Positions 20,960 to 31,562 of a DNA stretch of 64,000 bases are shown in pieces. Below the pieces are notes generated by a model, which did no database searches, had not been told where the DNA came from, and saw only the letters and a program-made list of their open reading frames with translations. Made by a program: the position numbers and the translations under genes. The stretch is from Alphaproteobacteria bacterium (GTDB taxonomy: Bacteria; Pseudomonadota; Alphaproteobacteria; SHVV01). Location: NCBI GenBank assembly GCA_965261735.1, contig OZ253470.1, positions 4,352,001 through 4,416,000 of the forward strand, written 5' to 3'. Numbering within the stretch: position 1 is the stretch's first letter; every line of letters begins with the position of its first letter.

Positions 20960-21765
20960 GGTGCTGTCAACTTAACGAAGGCAGGTCGCAGTTGAACGTC
21001 TGAACTGAGCGGCTCAAGCAGCAGCGGTCACGGTCCGCCACGTGTTCATCGCGTCACCGCGGAATTGGCGCATTGTCTTGCGAGTGATCAGATGACGTTG
21101 GACATTGAAGGTGTTGTAGATGGCGGCGTGGGTGGAGAGAAACCTTTGCGCCGATCCTGATGACTTAAAGCCCTGCATCCTGCGTTCTCGTTGTCGAACC
21201 GGCAGGTGCGAATTCTCCGCCCGATTGTTGCTCCGTCCGCCGGTAACGTGTTTCCCCGTCATGTTGAGATCACGCAATGCTGCCCCGTAAGATGGCAGTT
21301 TATCGGTCACCACCTTATTCGGCGCATACCCCTGCTTCTTGAGCAGTTTGCGCATCAGCTTGAGTGCTGCTTTCTTGTTCCTCCGGGACTGAACCAGGAT
21401 ATCCAGCACCTCACCCTCGCTGTCCACCGCCCGCCATAGATACATCCGTTTTCCGTTGATGGAGGAAAACACCTCATCAAGGTGCCACCGGTCGTCTGGT
21501 CGAGGGCGTGATTGTCTCAGTTTTCGGGCATAGGCCTGCCCAAACTTTAAAGCCCAGCGCCGTATCGTCTCGTAAGAAACATCCACACCACGTTCAGCGA
21601 GCAGATCCTCCACATCGCGGTAACTGAGCGGAAACCGGAAACACAGCCAGACGGCGCGCTGGATTATCTCTGCAGGAAACCGATGTCGGCGGTAGCTGAT
21701 CTTGTTCATAACAGGAAGCTACTCGCCACCCGCAGCTGACACCAGCCAGTTACCGTGACAGCACC
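20960..21765 (-). mobile_element. IS6-family element copy 2 (transposase 21014..21709)
   Basis: 806 bp, same TIRs; one amino-acid difference from copy 1. Confidence 0.95.
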
Positions 21766-22343
21766 GTTGGATGACTTCGCGCGGTGTGAAATGGTCACCG
21801 GCCGTCTCGTTGGCGGCTTCGTTGAAGCGGCGGATCAGGTCTTCGAACACCAGCCCCATGGTGATGTTGTCTACCTGCTTGGGGTGCAGATCAATCTCCG
21901 CAAACTGAGCTACGACCTGGTACAGGCGATTGGATTCTTCGAGCTTCTCGATTTCCTTCTCGAACTCGAACCGCTCGAAGATCTTGCGGACGTTCTCGGA
22001 GAAGCCGTTGATGTAGTCCACTAGGTGGCGGCCGATGTTGTCGGGGTCGCCCTTGAGCTCCTGGAAGTCGAGTTGGCTGTGGTTGTGGAAGCCCAGCGAG
22101 TTGCCCTCGTCATCCATGGCCGAGTTGTTGAGGATTGCATCGACGTTTGCGATGCCGTTGGCGCTGAGCTCGGCGCGGCGTTTTAGGACTGCTTCTTTGC
22201 TGGGTGCCAGCACGGCGTCGAAACGGCGCAGCACGGTGAGTGGCAGCATCACACGCTCATACTGCGGCGGACGGTAGGGACCGCGCAGCAGGTCGGCCAC
22301 GGACCAGATGAAGTTTTCCGAGTTGCTGAAAGCTGGCACTCAT
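21766..22343 (-). pseudogene. hsdM: Type I R-M methyltransferase N-terminus, truncated by IS6, frameshift near the start
   Basis: FIWSVADLLRG, VMLPLTVLRRFD, AGDHFTPREVI; ATG 22343 (MSASFQQL) is out of frame by one extra A. Confidence 0.85.
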
Positions 22344-22425
22344 GGGCGCATCCTGACTGCCATTGTGGATTGCACCCGGCATTCGATGCCCTTGAGAATG
22401 GCTTGGTTCATTGGTCTTCTTTAGG

Positions 22426-24095
22426 CCCGCATTTCCCAGATAAGCCTATGGATATGAACGTGATTCTGGTATAAGAATCAAAGTGTTATAGGGGGATTTG
22501 GGGTGTTGATATGGCTTACCCGATGGGTGAATCGAAAGATGGAGTTCTGAGGCTGGATTTCGACCGTCGCCTGAAGCTGGAGTTCCACGGCTCCAAAGTC
22601 ACGACCGACGCCGGACTGCTGGCCTATCGCGAACTCGATGATGCCCTCGGCTTGACCCTAATGGTCGGCGATGAACTCGTTGATCCGCGCACGGGCAAGA
22701 ATGGCCAGCACGCGATGAAGGGCTTGTTCCGGCAGTCCGTCTTCGGCCGCCTTGGCGGCTACGAGGACGTGAACGACGCCGACCGCCTGGGTCGTGATCC
22801 GGTGATGCGCCGGATCGTCGGCGGTCGCGCCGTGGCCAAGGCTGCTGCATCGACCAGTCAGATGGGGCGCTTCGAGACCGAGTTCCTTGCCACCGACGAG
22901 AACCTCACCGCCCTTGCTGGTTTGTCAGGCCAATGGATCGACCGCGTGCATGCGCGGCACCCGCCGAGGGTGATCATCCTCGACATGGATTCCAGTGTGA
23001 GCCCAACCCACGGCGATCAGGAGGGCACGGCCTACAACGGGCACTTCGGGTGTTCCTGCTATCATCCGCTGTTTGTGTTCAACCAGTTTGGCGATCTGGA
23101 GCGGTGCGCCTTGCGCCCCGGCAACGTCCATAGCGCCCATGGCTGGCACGACGTTCTGGAACCCGTGGTTGCCCGTTATCGGGATTGGAAGGTGCGGCGC
23201 TACTTCCGAGGCGATGCGGCCTTCGCCTCGCCGGACCTCTATGAGTTCCTGGAAGCCGAGGGTTACAAGTACGCGATCCGTCTCAAGGCCAACGCGGTTC
23301 TTCAAGCAAGCATCGCTCACCTGCTCACGCGTCCCGTCGGTCGCCCGCCCAACCATGTGCGCCGTTTCCATGCCAGCTTCAGCTATCAGGCCGCCTCGTG
23401 GAACCGGAAGCGCCGGGTGGTCGCCAGGGTTGAATGGCATCCCGGGGAACTGGTTCCCCGGGTCGGCTTCATCGTCACCAACCTGACCCGACCCGCCGAA
23501 CGCGTGGTGGCCTTTTACAACCAGCGGGGCACAGCGGAACAGCATATCAAGGAAGGCAAGAATGCCATCCGGTGGACGCGCCTGTCGTGCCAGAAATTCC
23601 GCAACAACGAGGTCCGGCTTCAGCTTCACGCCCTGGCTTACAACCTCGGCAACTTCATGCGGACGCTGGCCTTGCCGAAGGCGGTGGAGCACTGGTCTCT
23701 GACCACGCTCAGGGAGAAGCTGATCAAGATTGGTGCCAAGGTCGTGAGCCACGGCCGGTACGTCACTTTCCAACTGGCGGAGGTTGCGGTGCCGAGGGAG
23801 CTGTTCCGAAAAATCCTCCGCCTCATCGATGGGCTGCGGCCGGCCCTTGTGCCGCCGTGACAACGGCCCATCCAGTGGCAATCCCGGCCGCCCGACAGGA
23901 CAGGTGTGTGCTGCGCAGGTCGAAGTGCGCCCTCACAATGCGGAGTGGTCACCGGGTCGGGCTTCTCATCACCAAATCAGCCCGATCAAGTGCAGACTAC
24001 AGCCTATCATGACGGCTCAGGGCCGGATTCGCGGTCGGATGCCCATTCTGCTATCACTGTCGGCGGCTGGGAGAAGCAATCCGGGGAATCCCGGC
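22426..24095 (+). mobile_element. IS1380-family element, apparently intact
   Basis: Ends CCCGCATTTCCC and GGGAATCCCGG (approximate) around a full-length transposase. Confidence 0.9.
22511..23860 (+). CDS. IS1380 transposase
   Basis: 449-aa uninterrupted ORF with LDMDS, RGDAAF and AEQHIKEGK. Confidence 0.95.
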   Translation: MAYPMGESKDGVLRLDFDRRLKLEFHGSKVTTDAGLLAYRELDDALGLTLMVGDELVDPRTGKNGQHAMKGLFRQSVFGRLGGYEDVNDADRLGRDPVMRRIVGGRAVAKAAASTSQMGRFETEFLATDENLTALAGLSGQWIDRVHARHPPRVIILDMDSSVSPTHGDQEGTAYNGHFGCSCYHPLFVFNQFGDLERCALRPGNVHSAHGWHDVLEPVVARYRDWKVRRYFRGDAAFASPDLYEFLEAEGYKYAIRLKANAVLQASIAHLLTRPVGRPPNHVRRFHASFSYQAASWNRKRRVVARVEWHPGELVPRVGFIVTNLTRPAERVVAFYNQRGTAEQHIKEGKNAIRWTRLSCQKFRNNEVRLQLHALAYNLGNFMRTLALPKAVEHWSLTTLREKLIKIGAKVVSHGRYVTFQLAEVAVPRELFRKILRLIDGLRPALVPP

Positions 24096-24107
24096 TAATA
24101 TAACCAA

Positions 24108-25919
24108 ATGGCGAAGGCGGAGCCAGTGCATCACCCAGCGCCCGAGCGCAGCGATGCCCGCGATCTCGATCCGGTAACGCTCGAGATCATCCGGCACGGC
24201 CTCGGCTCGATCACCGAGCAGATCGAGACCAACATCATGCGCACCGCCTACAGTCCGCTCGTATACGAGTACAAGGACTACGCCGTCGGCATGGTCGACG
24301 TGGAAGGCCGGCTCATTTCCCAGTCGCGGGGCGGCATCCCCATCTTCGTGGCCAATGCCCTCGGCCGCGCCGTGCAGGACGGTATTCACGTCTACGGGCT
24401 CGACAACATCAACCGTGGCGACATCATCATCAGCAACCACGCCGCGACTCTCGGGCAGCACCTCAACAACATGGCCATGTACACCCCGGTGTTCGCCGAC
24501 GAAGCCGCCGACGAGGTCGTCGCCTTCATGGGGGTGATCGTCCATCACATCGATGTCGCCGGGCGCTACGTCGGATCCTGCCTCGGTAACCGCAGCACCG
24601 ACATATTCCAGGAGGGAGTCCAGTACCGCAGCGTCAAGCTCTATGCCGAGGGGCGGCGGGTCGAGGAGATCTACAGGATCATGCTCGACAACACCCGCTT
24701 TCCCGCGATGTTCGCCGGAGACCTAGAGGCTCAACTCGGCGGCGTGCTCATGGGCCGCGATCTGTTCTCGGAGATGATCGCGCGCTACGGCGCGGCAACG
24801 TTGCAGAGGGCGTTCCTGCGCATCTGGGAGCAGTCCGAGCGCAAGGCGCGGGCGGCGGTACTGGCCATCCCCGACGGGACCTACGGCGCGCGGGCGAGCC
24901 TCGATGACGACGGCATTTCGCTCGGCTCTCCCGTGCCGATCGACGTCAAGGTTGTCGTGTCGGGCGACGAAATGACCGTCGATTTCAGCGATCTTGCGCC
25001 GCAGATGGCCGGCCCCTTCAACTCCGGCCGCTATGGCGGCGGGATCACGGCGGCGCGCATGGCGCTCAAATACCTCACGACCCCGCACGAGACGGCCAAC
25101 GAGGGATGCTTTCGGCCGCTCAAGGTGATCCTGCCCGATGGGACCTTCCTGAGTGCGGGCAAGAACGCGCCGATGGCACTCTTCAGCGCACCGATCGCCT
25201 CGGTGATCGACGTAATCATACGGGCGCTCGAGGAACCCGCCCCCGGACTCGTGACCGGCGGCCACCACGCCACGTTCGGCATACACCTCTTCCATGGCAA
25301 GGACCCCGAAACGGGCGAGCTCTACCAGCATTTCGACGCGGTTTCCGGCGGCTACGGGGCGAGCGAGAGCCAGGATGGCGGCGGGCCGTACAAGACGATG
25401 ATCGATGGCGATACCAAGGATATCCCGGTCGAGATTCAGGAAGCGCTGTATCCGCTGCGCGTCGAGTCCGTGACCTACCGCACCGATTCCGGCGGACCGG
25501 GCACGTTTCGCGGCGGGCTCGGCGTCGACAAGGTCTACCGCACGATCGCGCCGATGAAATTCACGGCAAGCTTCGATCGCACGCTCACGCCGGCATGGGG
25601 CGTCCGCGGCGGAAAGGACGGCGATCCGGGGTGCGCTATCGTAGAGAGGCCCGGCCAGCCGGCGCAGATCGCGTTGAAGGAGGACGACATCGATCTCGTG
25701 CCGGGAGACGTCGTTCGCATCCTGTCTGGCGGCGGCGGCGGATTCGGCCCGCCGCATGAACGCGACCCGGGCCAAGTCGCCGATGACGTCCGGCTCGGCT
25801 TCGTCACGCCCGAGGGTGCGCTTGCCGACTATGCGGTCGCGCTGGACTCCGAGCTGCGCGTTCTCGCCGACGAGACGGCCACGGAACGCCAGCGTCGATC
25901 GACGGCTGAGGTGACGTGA
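24108..25919 (+). CDS. Hydantoinase B/5-oxoprolinase family protein
   Basis: DPVTLEII, RTAYSP...KDY, HLNN, HHIDVAG, DSGGPGTFRGGLG, GGGGFGPP. Confidence 0.92.
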   Translation: MAKAEPVHHPAPERSDARDLDPVTLEIIRHGLGSITEQIETNIMRTAYSPLVYEYKDYAVGMVDVEGRLISQSRGGIPIFVANALGRAVQDGIHVYGLDNINRGDIIISNHAATLGQHLNNMAMYTPVFADEAADEVVAFMGVIVHHIDVAGRYVGSCLGNRSTDIFQEGVQYRSVKLYAEGRRVEEIYRIMLDNTRFPAMFAGDLEAQLGGVLMGRDLFSEMIARYGAATLQRAFLRIWEQSERKARAAVLAIPDGTYGARASLDDDGISLGSPVPIDVKVVVSGDEMTVDFSDLAPQMAGPFNSGRYGGGITAARMALKYLTTPHETANEGCFRPLKVILPDGTFLSAGKNAPMALFSAPIASVIDVIIRALEEPAPGLVTGGHHATFGIHLFHGKDPETGELYQHFDAVSGGYGASESQDGGGPYKTMIDGDTKDIPVEIQEALYPLRVESVTYRTDSGGPGTFRGGLGVDKVYRTIAPMKFTASFDRTLTPAWGVRGGKDGDPGCAIVERPGQPAQIALKEDDIDLVPGDVVRILSGGGGGFGPPHERDPGQVADDVRLGFVTPEGALADYAVALDSELRVLADETATERQRRSTAEVT

Positions 25920-25955
25920 GCCGGATCGCTTGAAGCCGCGCAGCAGGAGGAACCC

Positions 25956-26351
25956 ATGGAACGCTTTGTGTTCAACCCGAAAACCCTGGGCGAGCCGGTT
26001 GGCTATTTCTCGCGTGCCGTCCGCATCGGCGACACGCTCCACGTCTCCGGAACCTCGGCGATCACCGGCTTTACCGGCGACCTCAACGATCGCCGCATTC
26101 CAAGCGGTATCGAGGAGCAGACCCGCCTTACGCTCGACAACATCAAAAAGGTGCTGGACGACGCGGGCGCCAAAATGGCCGACGTCTTCGAAGTGTTCGT
26201 GATGTTCAAGCGTAAGGAGGACTTCCCCCAGATCGACGCGATCTTCAGGGAGTACTTCCCGGAACCGAGCTTTATCGCTACCGGATTCCAGACCGAGTTG
26301 GTGCGCGAGGACATGCTGGTCGAAGTGGCCGTGAGGGCGCACGTCGCCTGA
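25956..26351 (+). CDS. RidA/YjgF family protein
   Basis: AGGAGG RBS; GYFSRAVRIG...VSGT...EQTR...LVEV. Confidence 0.9.
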   Translation: MERFVFNPKTLGEPVGYFSRAVRIGDTLHVSGTSAITGFTGDLNDRRIPSGIEEQTRLTLDNIKKVLDDAGAKMADVFEVFVMFKRKEDFPQIDAIFREYFPEPSFIATGFQTELVREDMLVEVAVRAHVA

Positions 26352-26440
26352 CGTCGCCCCCGGTGCGCTAGCGGCCGATTCGGTCACGGTCGGTCCGTGC
26401 CCACCTTGAATTTCATTCACATTTGCCGCACGCTCGGACA

Positions 26441-26740
26441 ATGCCGAAGGGCAAGGCCACGCTGCCACCGTTTGCCGCGTTGCGCGCGTTTCACGCCGCG
26501 GCCACGCACGATCGATATCGCGATGCGGCCGAGAGCCTCGGCCTGACGGAATCGGCCATTAGCCATCAGGTCCGACGTCTCGAGGAATTCCTCGCTACCG
26601 CCCTGATCAACCGCTCGGGCAGGCGCCCCAAATTGACCGATACCGGTCGCCGCTACCTCGAGCAAATCGAACCCGCGATACACCAGATCCAACGGGCTAC
26701 CGAAGCCCTGCTGCCGGTCGTGTCCCAGGACGTGGTGTAG
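26441..26740 (+). pseudogene. LysR (GcvA-like) regulator, HTH only; truncated
   Basis: LPPFAALRAF...AAESLGLTESAISHQVRRLEEFL; no substrate-binding domain. Confidence 0.85.
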
Positions 26741-27706
26741 GAGTTGTTGGAGCCTCTGGTAGCTGTGGGTAGGCGGCTTGCCGTAGCGACCGCCGAGAGT
26801 CTGGCGTAGGCAAGCCGGCTATCCACAGCGGAGGCCATCGCGGTTCCGGTTTAGGATCACCTTCCAGCGGCGCGGGATCACCTCCAGCGTCTCGGTCACG
26901 TCCTCGCCGATCTTCGACAGCTTCTCCGATCCGCAGCACGCGCAGGCAGTCGGCGCCGGCACCACCACGCGCTCGCGCGGCAGGTGCGCCGGGAACGGCT
27001 TGCGGGCCAGCTTGCGGCGCGCAAACCCCCTGACCTGCGTGGTCCCCGCCGCCGCCAGCTCGTCCTCGGTCGCGCTCGCCTTAAGCTCGTCGAGCTGCAG
27101 CTCCAGCTGGTCGAGAAGCCGCTGCTTGCGCTCCGAGCGCCAGCCGTACATCTCGCGCCTGAGCTTCACGATCGTCAGCTTCAGGAAGGCGATCTCCGCC
27201 TCGGCGCCGGACACCTTCGCCTCGGCGTTAGCAGCCCGCGCCTCGGCCGCCGCGAGGGCCGTCTTCAGGGCTGAGATGTTGGACCCGCCGGTCATCGGCG
27301 GGATCGAATCACATCGACCGATTCGGCGCTACAACATTCCTCCCGCCCGCGTCGTTCCCCCGCCGATCAGCCCGCGCGAGACGGTCGCCAGGTCCGAACC
27401 GGGTTCCGCCAATCGATCCCCTCGAGCAGGTAGCCCAGCTGCGCCGCGCTGATCGACACCGCACCCCCCGGCGTCGTCGGCCACTGGAACCGGCCGCGCT
27501 CAAGCCGCTTGGCGTAGAGCGAGATCCCCACCCCGTCATGCCACAGGCATTTTACGAGGTCGCCTCGACGACCGCGGAAGATATACAAATCCCCCGCATG
27601 CGGGTCGCGCCTGAGATCCTCCTGGGTAACTACCCAGGTCTGATTGGCCCGAGCGTTTGTATGTGAGGGATCGTGGGGGTCCGGGCTGGTAGCGGTGCCG
27701 GTGTTC

Positions 27707-29245
27707 TCAGAGGCGCAGTTGGGGGATTAGTTGCATCGGATCGGGATGCACCAGGGTCTGGAGGACGTTCCAGCCTTGCTTTCGGGCGGTGGCGATGACG
27801 GCACGCATTCTGGCGAAGTTGCAGGCACCCCTCTCGGAGCGGAAGCCACCGGAGATCTTCTGGCGCAGCTTGGCCATTCGGAGGTCACGTTCGGCCTCAT
27901 TGTTCGTAAACGGCGTGCGCGGGTCGGTGAGGAATCGCAGGCATCCCTCCTTGTGCTTGCGGAGGCGGAGCGCGAGGTTATGACCGATGCGGCGTTTCTT
28001 TCGTCCGCGCTTGCCGGTCCGGAGCGGCGGCTGCGCCTCGTGGAAGGCGATGGCGTGGTCGAGGATGCGGGCCCAGGCCCGCGAGATCCGGGCCACCAGG
28101 GAGGCGGGCGCGTCGCGGCCGTTCTCACGGGAGAAGCGGGTAGCCCTGTGTGCGCGCTCAAGGAGGCGGTGCATGCTCTTTGCCCAGTCTTCCTTCTCGA
28201 TGTCGATCAGGGCCTGGAGTTCGCGCAGGTGATGGGCGTTGCAGGCGCCGTGGCGCACGCCCTTGAGGGTGAAGTAGGCGGCGTAATCGTCATGGATGAG
28301 GATGCCTTCGAGGTCCTTTTCGACATCGCCGCGTCCCGCGCCGATGCGCAGGACGGTCAGGAATGGGGTGCACAGCACGTGGAGCCAGCGGGTACGGGCG
28401 GCGATCCGCAGGCCGGTTTCGTCGAGGTGCTTGACCGGGACCGCTGTGCGGATCACGTCTGCGACATGGGCGAGGAAGGGCTCGAAGCGCCTGGCGGTTC
28501 GCCGGCCCATGGCGGTGATCGTGGCTGTGGAGATGGACACTGCGAAGAGGTCGCTCATGAGTTCGGCCAAGCGCTTCTCGGGAACGAACTGGGCGTACAG
28601 CAGGTAGCTCACCCAGGCGGTGATGCGTGGCCCGTACTGGACCGGGGCGGTCACGCCGTCCGCGAAGACGGCTCCTGTCACGGTGGCGCAGGCGCCGCAG
28701 AGGCAGCGATGGGCGCGGTGTTCGGTGACCTCCAGGGGGCGTGGCTCGGGCACATCGAAGACCTGTCGACAGACGGGCGCGCGGTGACGGTCGGCGTCCG
28801 ACAGCGGTGCGCCGCAGCCCGAACAGGCGGAGGGGTCATGATCCACAACATGGTCCGGGCTCTCGGTCCGCGCCAGCGTCGTTCCCTTGTGGCCCGGCTG
28901 GCCGCCGCTTGGCCTGCCGGACTTGCCGCGCTGGCTTCGGGTGCGCCTCTGGGTTCCGCTCTTCTTGCGCAGGCCGTCGCTGGCGGGCGGCTTGCTGCTG
29001 GTGGTGCTGTCAAGCGCCGCGCTCCGCTCGAGCTCGGCGATGCGGTCCCGCAGGGTCGCGTTCTCCCGCTCGAGCGCGGCATTCTCCCGGACGAGCGCCG
29101 TGGCCAGGCGCAACAGCCCCTGGCCCCATTCCCCGAAGGCCTTGACGACTGTGGTTGCGAAGGATGAGGGGTCAAGAAGATCTTGCAGGCACGCGAAGGC
29201 CTCGTCATGGGCGGCGAGGTCCTCGTGCCAGCGCGACAGCGTCAC
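27707..29245 (-). CDS. IS66-family transposase (TnpC-like)
   Basis: SSKPPASDG, GGQPGHKG, CxxC ribbons, HLDETG, CNAHHLREL, TNNEAERDLR. Confidence 0.95.
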   Translation of the reverse strand: MTLSRWHEDLAAHDEAFACLQDLLDPSSFATTVVKAFGEWGQGLLRLATALVRENAALERENATLRDRIAELERSAALDSTTSSKPPASDGLRKKSGTQRRTRSQRGKSGRPSGGQPGHKGTTLARTESPDHVVDHDPSACSGCGAPLSDADRHRAPVCRQVFDVPEPRPLEVTEHRAHRCLCGACATVTGAVFADGVTAPVQYGPRITAWVSYLLYAQFVPEKRLAELMSDLFAVSISTATITAMGRRTARRFEPFLAHVADVIRTAVPVKHLDETGLRIAARTRWLHVLCTPFLTVLRIGAGRGDVEKDLEGILIHDDYAAYFTLKGVRHGACNAHHLRELQALIDIEKEDWAKSMHRLLERAHRATRFSRENGRDAPASLVARISRAWARILDHAIAFHEAQPPLRTGKRGRKKRRIGHNLALRLRKHKEGCLRFLTDPRTPFTNNEAERDLRMAKLRQKISGGFRSERGACNFARMRAVIATARKQGWNVLQTLVHPDPMQLIPQLRL

Positions 29246-29907
29246 GGGTCCTCGGCATCGACGGCCATCATGGCGGCCAGCACCGCGAGGCGTTCGCCCG
29301 CCGGCAAGGCCTTGTAACGCCGGCCCCAGTTGGCCGCCTTACGCTTGATGCGCTGGCGGTCGGTGAAGTTCCGGCCTGCGTAGCTCGCCCAATGCACCCG
29401 GTCGGGCGCGAAGTTGAACCACACGACCTCGGTCCGCACCTGGGCCTGGGTCGTCACCTGCAGCGCCAGACTGCGCCAGCCCGCCAGCATCTCGTCATAG
29501 AGCGCCGAGGGATGGCCCGAGACCATCACCTGGCAGGGCAGATCCTTGAGCAGGTCCAGGAGCGCGACATGGTCGACCTCCTCGAAGTCGAAGCGATAGC
29601 GCCGTGCCGAACGGCGGGTCGCGTGCAGATAGGGGGGATCGCTGTAGACCAGCTCCGGGCCCAGAAACGGGAACGAGGCCAAAAAGGCATGGGCACAGCC
29701 ATGCACCAACTCGACCGGGTAGTCACAGGCAAAGGCCTCGAGCGCCTGCGCATCGCGGTCGATGCCGATCGAGCGCACGCCCGTTGGCTTGCGCTTCATC
29801 AGCGCACCGCCCCCCAGGTGGCTCTCGATGTAAACGCTGTGCGGCGGCATCAGCGCAATCAGCGCCTGGCACAGACCGCTCGTCGCCTTCGACCCGAAAT
29901 ATCCCAC
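29242..29907 (-). CDS. Short Dam/D12-class N6-adenine DNA methyltransferase
   Basis: YFGSK, YIESHLGGGA (motif I variant), LVYSDPPY (motif IV); 221 aa; GTGA overlap with the transposase. Confidence 0.85.
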   Translation of the reverse strand: MGYFGSKATSGLCQALIALMPPHSVYIESHLGGGALMKRKPTGVRSIGIDRDAQALEAFACDYPVELVHGCAHAFLASFPFLGPELVYSDPPYLHATRRSARRYRFDFEEVDHVALLDLLKDLPCQVMVSGHPSALYDEMLAGWRSLALQVTTQAQVRTEVVWFNFAPDRVHWASYAGRNFTDRQRIKRKAANWGRRYKALPAGERLAVLAAMMAVDAEDP

Positions 29908-30716
29908 GCGCCGCTCCCGTCACACGAGAGCGCAACCCATAGACGCCCGATTCTATGGAGTCAAGAGACGATCAACGACGCGGCGGCGGAAACCCGGCCC
30001 CGGCGACCACCTACATCATCCTCTCGCGGTCAGGAGCGGGGTACCTGGGTAGTTACCCTCCTGGACCTGAAGCGCCAGGGTGTTCATGCCGCGCCGCATG
30101 TCGGTCACGCCACTCGCCAGCCAGACACGAGCACCTCCCGGAACCGGGATCATCGGCGTGCCAGAACCGCCAGCACCCGCGCCAGCGCCGAACCGTCCAC
30201 CTCCCGGTCGACGATCACCCGCGAGCCATCGGCCAGCGCGATCTCCATCCGTCCCGCCGCCGGCGCATCCCCCGGGGCAGCATCCAACGGTGGCGGCTCC
30301 ACAACCACCGGCACCAAGCCGCCGGCCCCGCCAGCCTGCTCGCGAAACCGGCGCCGCCAGTTGAACACCAGGTCGGCGTTCACGTCGTTGCGCCGCGCCA
30401 CAACCGACACAGAAACCCCGGGCTGGTAGCTCTACGCTACGATCCGGCGCTTCTCGGCATCGCTCCAGCGACGACGAAGGGCACCCGGGCCTTCCCGCCC
30501 GGACCCCGGATTCTCCACTGCTTCCGACATTTGCGATCGTGTCCACTTAGACCTTGGTGGACACCAAACAGGTGTCCACTCCCGATCGCACAACCTCGCC
30601 TGATTACACTAATCCGAGAAGGCGGCCCACTCCGGAGGCTTACCCGGAAGCAAACGCATGTCACAAATCGTGGAGCCGCACTTCCTAATGGTCGGCGCCG
30701 CCTGACCATCAATTGT

Positions 30717-31403
30717 CTACGCGGCAGCGACGCTTATCGGCGACAGGGAACACTGGCCACGATCGCGGTTGGGCTCAACCTCGCAGTCCAGAATCCGGCT
30801 GAGTTGGTCCGCGCCACCAACATAATCGCCATCGATCCAAATTTGCGGCACCGTAATAGGGGTCTTGGGACCAACGATGGGTTTGACCCGGGCAAGCATT
30901 TCGTACAGTGCCCGAGGGTCCTTGACCACATCGTGATATTCATAGTCGATGCTGGCCTGTTTCAAATATCCCTTGGCACGGACGCAGTGGGGGCAGGTGG
31001 CCTTGCCGAACAAATGATTACCCTCAACCGATGATCGCCTGGCATGGGCATCGATGATGGCTTCTGTCAGCACGCCGCGGTTAAGGGCATGACCCTGGCT
31101 TACCACCCGGCCTTCAACCATGACGATGGGCGCGTGCCAGCCGCGCTTGAGCAACGGCTTCCACCATTCGCTCAGCCATTCGCGGACATCGAGCGCCACC
31201 GGAACGCCGGCAAGCTCGGTTTCGAACGTGTCGGTGATGACATCGAGGGTCAGCGAACACTCGCCGCAGGGGATATTGACTTTGAATGGACCCCACGTGC
31301 CGGCCCAACGATATAAGACAATTTGGACATCTTTTGCTGTAGTTCCAGGATCCGACATGATGTGAAGCTTTACTCCTTCCCTACGGCACTGTTTGTTCGG
31401 CAC
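30717..31403 (-). CDS. Two-domain thioredoxin/glutaredoxin protein (alternative start 31358)
   Basis: CGEC and CPHC active-site motifs; TVPQIWIDG...GGAD glutaredoxin signature. Confidence 0.85.
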   Translation of the reverse strand: MPNKQCRREGVKLHIMSDPGTTAKDVQIVLYRWAGTWGPFKVNIPCGECSLTLDVITDTFETELAGVPVALDVREWLSEWWKPLLKRGWHAPIVMVEGRVVSQGHALNRGVLTEAIIDAHARRSSVEGNHLFGKATCPHCVRAKGYLKQASIDYEYHDVVKDPRALYEMLARVKPIVGPKTPITVPQIWIDGDYVGGADQLSRILDCEVEPNRDRGQCSLSPISVAAA

Positions 31404-31562
31404 ATGGTCCGTTGTGGTAAAACGATGCCGTCGCAGGGCAATGGTTTATTTGCTCAAGCGCGCACGCCATTGCCCGTAAACTGCTGCGGAACAGTGGCAA
31501 TCGGTTATATCAAAGCCGCGCTACTCTAGGGTGAAAGAAGTTGGAAGTGAGAGGTTCAAGAA

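Larger units (their letters stand above)
27626..30056 (-). mobile_element. Nested IS66-family (ISBst12-like) element carrying a DNA methyltransferase
   Basis: Perfect 14-bp TIR GTAACTACCCAGGT; 8-bp TSD CCTCCTGG at 27618..27625 and 30057..30064. Confidence 0.95.
26851..30643 (-). mobile_element. Classical IS66 (tnpA-tnpB-tnpC), decayed
   Basis: Left end GTAAGCCTCC at 30643; tnpA 30150..30530 has a GAG-to-TAG nonsense codon; tnpB split (30057..30152 and 27367..27625) by a nested element; tnpC 27295..~26851 truncated. Confidence 0.9.
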
